A stretch of 63,466 nucleotides of DNA, counting the filler. It is 4 parts of 4 records of this genome, joined end to end, with 100 filler letters (N's around TTAATTAATTAA, not from the genome) between each part and the next. Parts side by side here need not be neighbours in the genome. Positions count along the whole stretch, not along the records: positions 57,953 to 63,466 come from SRR20825019_2419; 3 more parts are not named here. One strand, given 5' to 3'. Position 1 is the stretch's first letter; each line of letters begins with the position of its first letter. The notes under the pieces are model-generated. The model did no database searches and was not told where the DNA came from. It was given only the letters and a program-made list of their open reading frames with translations. Below are positions 60,589 to 63,466 of the stretch, piece after piece. The translations under genes and the position numbers were made by a program.

Positions 60589-61188
60589 TTATAATTTCAG
60601 CGATGCTGCAAAAATAACTTGGGAAGGTCTTGAATCTATCCTCCCTTCGACATTGGCAACATTGGCATCGATAAATTCGGCTTCATTTTTAGAAAAACCT
60701 CTTTCATAACGCACATCCAGTCCAAGCCTACCAAGATTGACACCGATACCGGCATTTAGACCAACTGTAAAATCGTTTTCTACGTCTTCGATTGTCAAAC
60801 CTTCCAAATCGTTTTTAAGGGTATATTGGAATGCAGGACCTGCAAAAATATGCAAGGGTCCAATCAGTTTATAGCCCAAAAGCACGGGCATGTCCAATTT
60901 GGACACATCGTAGTCTTGTGAATTTCCATTAATATCATAAGAACTTTTTGTTTTGGAATATACCAATTCGGGCCTTAGATAAATTTTCGGAAAATCCAAT
61001 TTGCCCCAAAAACCAAAATGATATCCAGCTTTACCTTCAGGATCATCAACGGCATCTGTTACGGTGTTGACCAAATCTCCATTCTTGTTGTACGAGAGAC
61101 CGGCCTTTACACCGAATCCTGAGCCACTCTGGGCCATGGCAGTAGAGCCAATAAGGGCAAATGCCACTACTAAAAAAGTTTTTTTCAT
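60589..61188 (-). CDS. Outer-membrane beta-barrel (PorT/porin family) protein
   Basis: Signal peptide ending AMAQ, FGVKAGL, RPELVY, LDMPVLLGYK, DVRYERG. Confidence 0.8.
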   Translation of the reverse strand: MKKTFLVVAFALIGSTAMAQSGSGFGVKAGLSYNKNGDLVNTVTDAVDDPEGKAGYHFGFWGKLDFPKIYLRPELVYSKTKSSYDINGNSQDYDVSKLDMPVLLGYKLIGPLHIFAGPAFQYTLKNDLEGLTIEDVENDFTVGLNAGIGVNLGRLGLDVRYERGFSKNEAEFIDANVANVEGRIDSRPSQVIFAASLKL

Positions 61189-61235
61189 AAGTGTTGTTTT
61201 AAAAGATGAAATATCCCCATAGGGGATACCTGAAA

Positions 61236-62189
61236 CTATTTACGTTTCAACACTTTTAAAACGGCAGCTTCGATTGCTTTATTGTTCAAGCCATATTTCT
61301 CCATCAACTGTTCTGGCGTACCACTTTCCCCGAAGGTATCCTGTGTGGCCACAAACTCTTGAGGAGCAGGATGATTGCTGGCCAAAACACGGGCCACGCT
61401 CTCTCCAAGTCCACCTAAATAATTGTGTTCCTCAGCGGTTACCACACATCCGGTTTTCTTCACAGAATCCAAAATAGCTTTGTCATCCAAAGGCTTAATG
61501 GTGTGAATATTGATCACTTCCGCGGATATTCCTTGGTTTTCCAAACTTTCAGCAGCAAGTAGTGCCTGCCATACCAAATGTCCAGTTGCAATGATCGTTA
61601 CATCGGTACCTTCGTTGAGCATTAGGGCCTTCCCGATTTCAAATTTTTGGTCAACAGGAGTAAAATTGGCCACTTTTGGTCTTCCAAAACGAAGATATAC
61701 GGGGCCATGATGTTCTGCGATGGCAATGGTGGCCGCCTTGGTTTGGTTGAAATCACAAGGATTGATCACCGTCATCCCGGGTAACATTTTCATCAAACCG
61801 ATATCTTCCAAAATTTGGTGGGTCGCACCATCTTCGCCCAAGGTCAATCCGGAGTGGGAAGCGCATATTTTTACGTTTTTGTCAGAATATGCAATGGATT
61901 GGCGGATTTGATCATAAACACGTCCAGTGGCAAAGTTGGCAAAGGTTGATGCAAAAGGGATTTTTCCACCGATGGTCAAACCTGCCGCCATGCCCATCAT
62001 ATTGGCCTCTGCAATTCCTACTTGAAAGAAACGCTCTGGATTTTCTTCAATAAAGGTTTCAATCTTAAGGGAACCTACCAAATCGGCACAAAGGGCCACT
62101 ACATTGGGATTGGTTCTTCCCAGTTCCGTCATTCCGGCACCATATCCGCTTCGGGTGTCCTGTTTTCCTTGATCTGTATATTTAGTCAT
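61236..62189 (-). CDS. Transketolase, C-terminal subunit
   Basis: Motifs GIAEANM, GEDGATHQ, GPVYLRFGR, TIKPLD, AEEH. Confidence 0.93.
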   Translation of the reverse strand: MTKYTDQGKQDTRSGYGAGMTELGRTNPNVVALCADLVGSLKIETFIEENPERFFQVGIAEANMMGMAAGLTIGGKIPFASTFANFATGRVYDQIRQSIAYSDKNVKICASHSGLTLGEDGATHQILEDIGLMKMLPGMTVINPCDFNQTKAATIAIAEHHGPVYLRFGRPKVANFTPVDQKFEIGKALMLNEGTDVTIIATGHLVWQALLAAESLENQGISAEVINIHTIKPLDDKAILDSVKKTGCVVTAEEHNYLGGLGESVARVLASNHPAPQEFVATQDTFGESGTPEQLMEKYGLNNKAIEAAVLKVLKRK

Positions 62190-62206
62190 CGTATCTTTTT
62201 CTATAA

Positions 62207-63052
62207 TTAGTAATCGCCTAAAGTCTCTGGGTTCTGTTCCAATGCGTTTGCCAATTGCTCATCGCTAGGGGCTTTGCCGTGCCATGCATGGGTGTGCATC
62301 ATAAAATCGACACCATTGCCCATTTCGGTGGTCATTACAATACAAACAGGTTTTCCCTTTCCAGTTCTGCTTTTGGCTTCTTTAAGGCCTGCCAAAACTT
62401 GCTCTATGTCGTTTCCGTTTTCTATTTCCAACACATCCCAGCCAAAAACCCTGAATTTTTCGGCAACATCGCCAATGGGTAATACATCTTCTGTGGCACC
62501 GTCGATTTGTTGTCCGTTTCTATCAACGGTTGAAATCAAGTTGTCCACTTTGTTACCTGCGGCATACATAATTGCCTCCCAGTTCTGACCTTCCTGTAAC
62601 TCGCCATCTCCATGTAGGCTGAATACCAAATGATCATCACCGTTCAATTTTTTGGCCAATGCGGCACCAATGGCAACGGACATTCCCTGTCCCAAGGAAC
62701 CTGATGCTACACGAACCCCTGGCAAACCTTCGTGGGTAGTGGGGTGCCCCTGTAATCTGGAATCGATTAGCCTAAAGGTGTTGAGTTCCTCGATGGGAAA
62801 ATAACCTCTTCGAGCTAGTACACTATAAAAAACGGGCGAAATATGGCCATTGGAGAGGAAAAATACGTCTTCCCCGATTCCATCCATGTCAAATCCATCT
62901 TTTAATTCCATTACCTCATTGTAGAGTGCTACAAAAAACTCGGTACAGCCCAAAGAACCTCCTGGGTGACCCGAATTTACCTTATGGACCATGCGTAAAA
63001 TGTCCCTTCTAACCTGTACTACCAGGTCCTGTAATTCTTGCGTGTTCGGCAT
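62207..63052 (-). CDS. Transketolase, N-terminal subunit
   Basis: Motifs SGHPGGSLG, LSNGH, LQGHP, GSLGQG, GDGELQEGQNWEA, WHGKAP. Preceded by TACATTTG at 63073-63080 (minus). Confidence 0.93.
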   Translation of the reverse strand: MPNTQELQDLVVQVRRDILRMVHKVNSGHPGGSLGCTEFFVALYNEVMELKDGFDMDGIGEDVFFLSNGHISPVFYSVLARRGYFPIEELNTFRLIDSRLQGHPTTHEGLPGVRVASGSLGQGMSVAIGAALAKKLNGDDHLVFSLHGDGELQEGQNWEAIMYAAGNKVDNLISTVDRNGQQIDGATEDVLPIGDVAEKFRVFGWDVLEIENGNDIEQVLAGLKEAKSRTGKGKPVCIVMTTEMGNGVDFMMHTHAWHGKAPSDEQLANALEQNPETLGDY

Positions 63053-63208
63053 CGTGTTTCTAATTTAGATATCAAATGTAATCGCATTATTCGTAGAAAA
63101 CAAGTGTTGAATGTACATTTATTAAACGGCTTATGCTCAGAAACTTTATTTTTTTGTTAAGGATGAACGAAATAGAGTTAGTTATATTTGCGGTTCTAAA
63201 ACGAACAA

Positions 63209-63466
63209 TTGGATTTTACCTTACTACAAAAGGATAGCAAAACTAAGGCTAGGGCAGGGGAGTTGAAGACCGACAACGGCAACATTCAGACCCCGATATT
63301 TATGCCGGTTGGCACCGTTGCCTCGGTAAAGGGCGTGCACCAGCGCGAGTTAAAGGATGAAATTAATCCTGATATTATTTTGGGGAACACCTATCATCTT
63401 TTTTTGAGACCGGGTACCGGAATACTTGAAGAAGCCGGTGGACTTCATAAATTTATGAATTGGGAC
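63209..63466 (+). CDS. tgt: tRNA-guanine transglycosylase, N-terminal part (runs off the window; absent from the ORF track)
   Basis: TTG start after TATATTTG (63183-63190). Translates ...ARAGELKTDNGNIQTPIFMPVGT...ILGNTYHLFLRPG...GGLHKFMNWD. Confidence 0.93.
   Translation, partial: MDFTLLQKDSKTKARAGELKTDNGNIQTPIFMPVGTVASVKGVHQRELKDEINPDIILGNTYHLFLRPGTGILEEAGGLHKFMNWD

Noticed and set aside
61236-63052. Transketolase split into two ORFs (possible frameshift or pseudogene)
   Set aside because: Two-subunit transketolase is the normal arrangement in many Bacteroidota, and both halves are intact.

Overview
The window is not one locus. It is four unrelated contigs joined by three identical 100-nt spacers (44 N + TTAATTAATTAA + 44 N) at 8704-8803, 36464-36563 and 57853-57952. 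(1) 1-8703: AT-rich Flavobacteriaceae-like contig carrying the 3' end of a beta-glucan utilisation cluster (GH5+CBM6, GH30, GH3) plus housekeeping genes. (2) 8804-36463: GC-rich Verrucomicrobia (Opitutaceae-like) contig with acnA, a STAS/SpoIIE module, a PEP-CTERM + Cys-rich TPR islet, trpB, a four-helix-bundle gene enclosed by register-matched inverted heptamer repeats, yicC, ileS-dksA-lspA, hemF/hemE/hemG with a GTAG-type REP doublet, prfC and a truncated filamentous-haemagglutinin-like gene. (3) 36564-57852: a compact eukaryotic (probably protist) contig with short GT-AG introns. It encodes a TPR-Asp/Asn beta-hydroxylase, a 5-exon coiled-coil protein, a 5-exon secreted LRR protein, a 4-exon retinoblastoma-related protein divergent from an intronless SPT5, and a CRAL-TRIO/BCH protein. 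(4) 57953-63466: a second, less AT-rich Flavobacteriaceae contig (aroK, PRTase, S4 protein, FKBP, porin, split transketolase, tgt). The best leads are the inverted-repeat-bounded four-helix-bundle cassette joining the trpB stop to the yicC start, an outlier RB intron with a 14-nt antisense match to 18S rRNA (candidate guide RNA), and a palindromic E2F site upstream of RB. Taxonomic and family assignments come from recognised motifs only; no searches were run.
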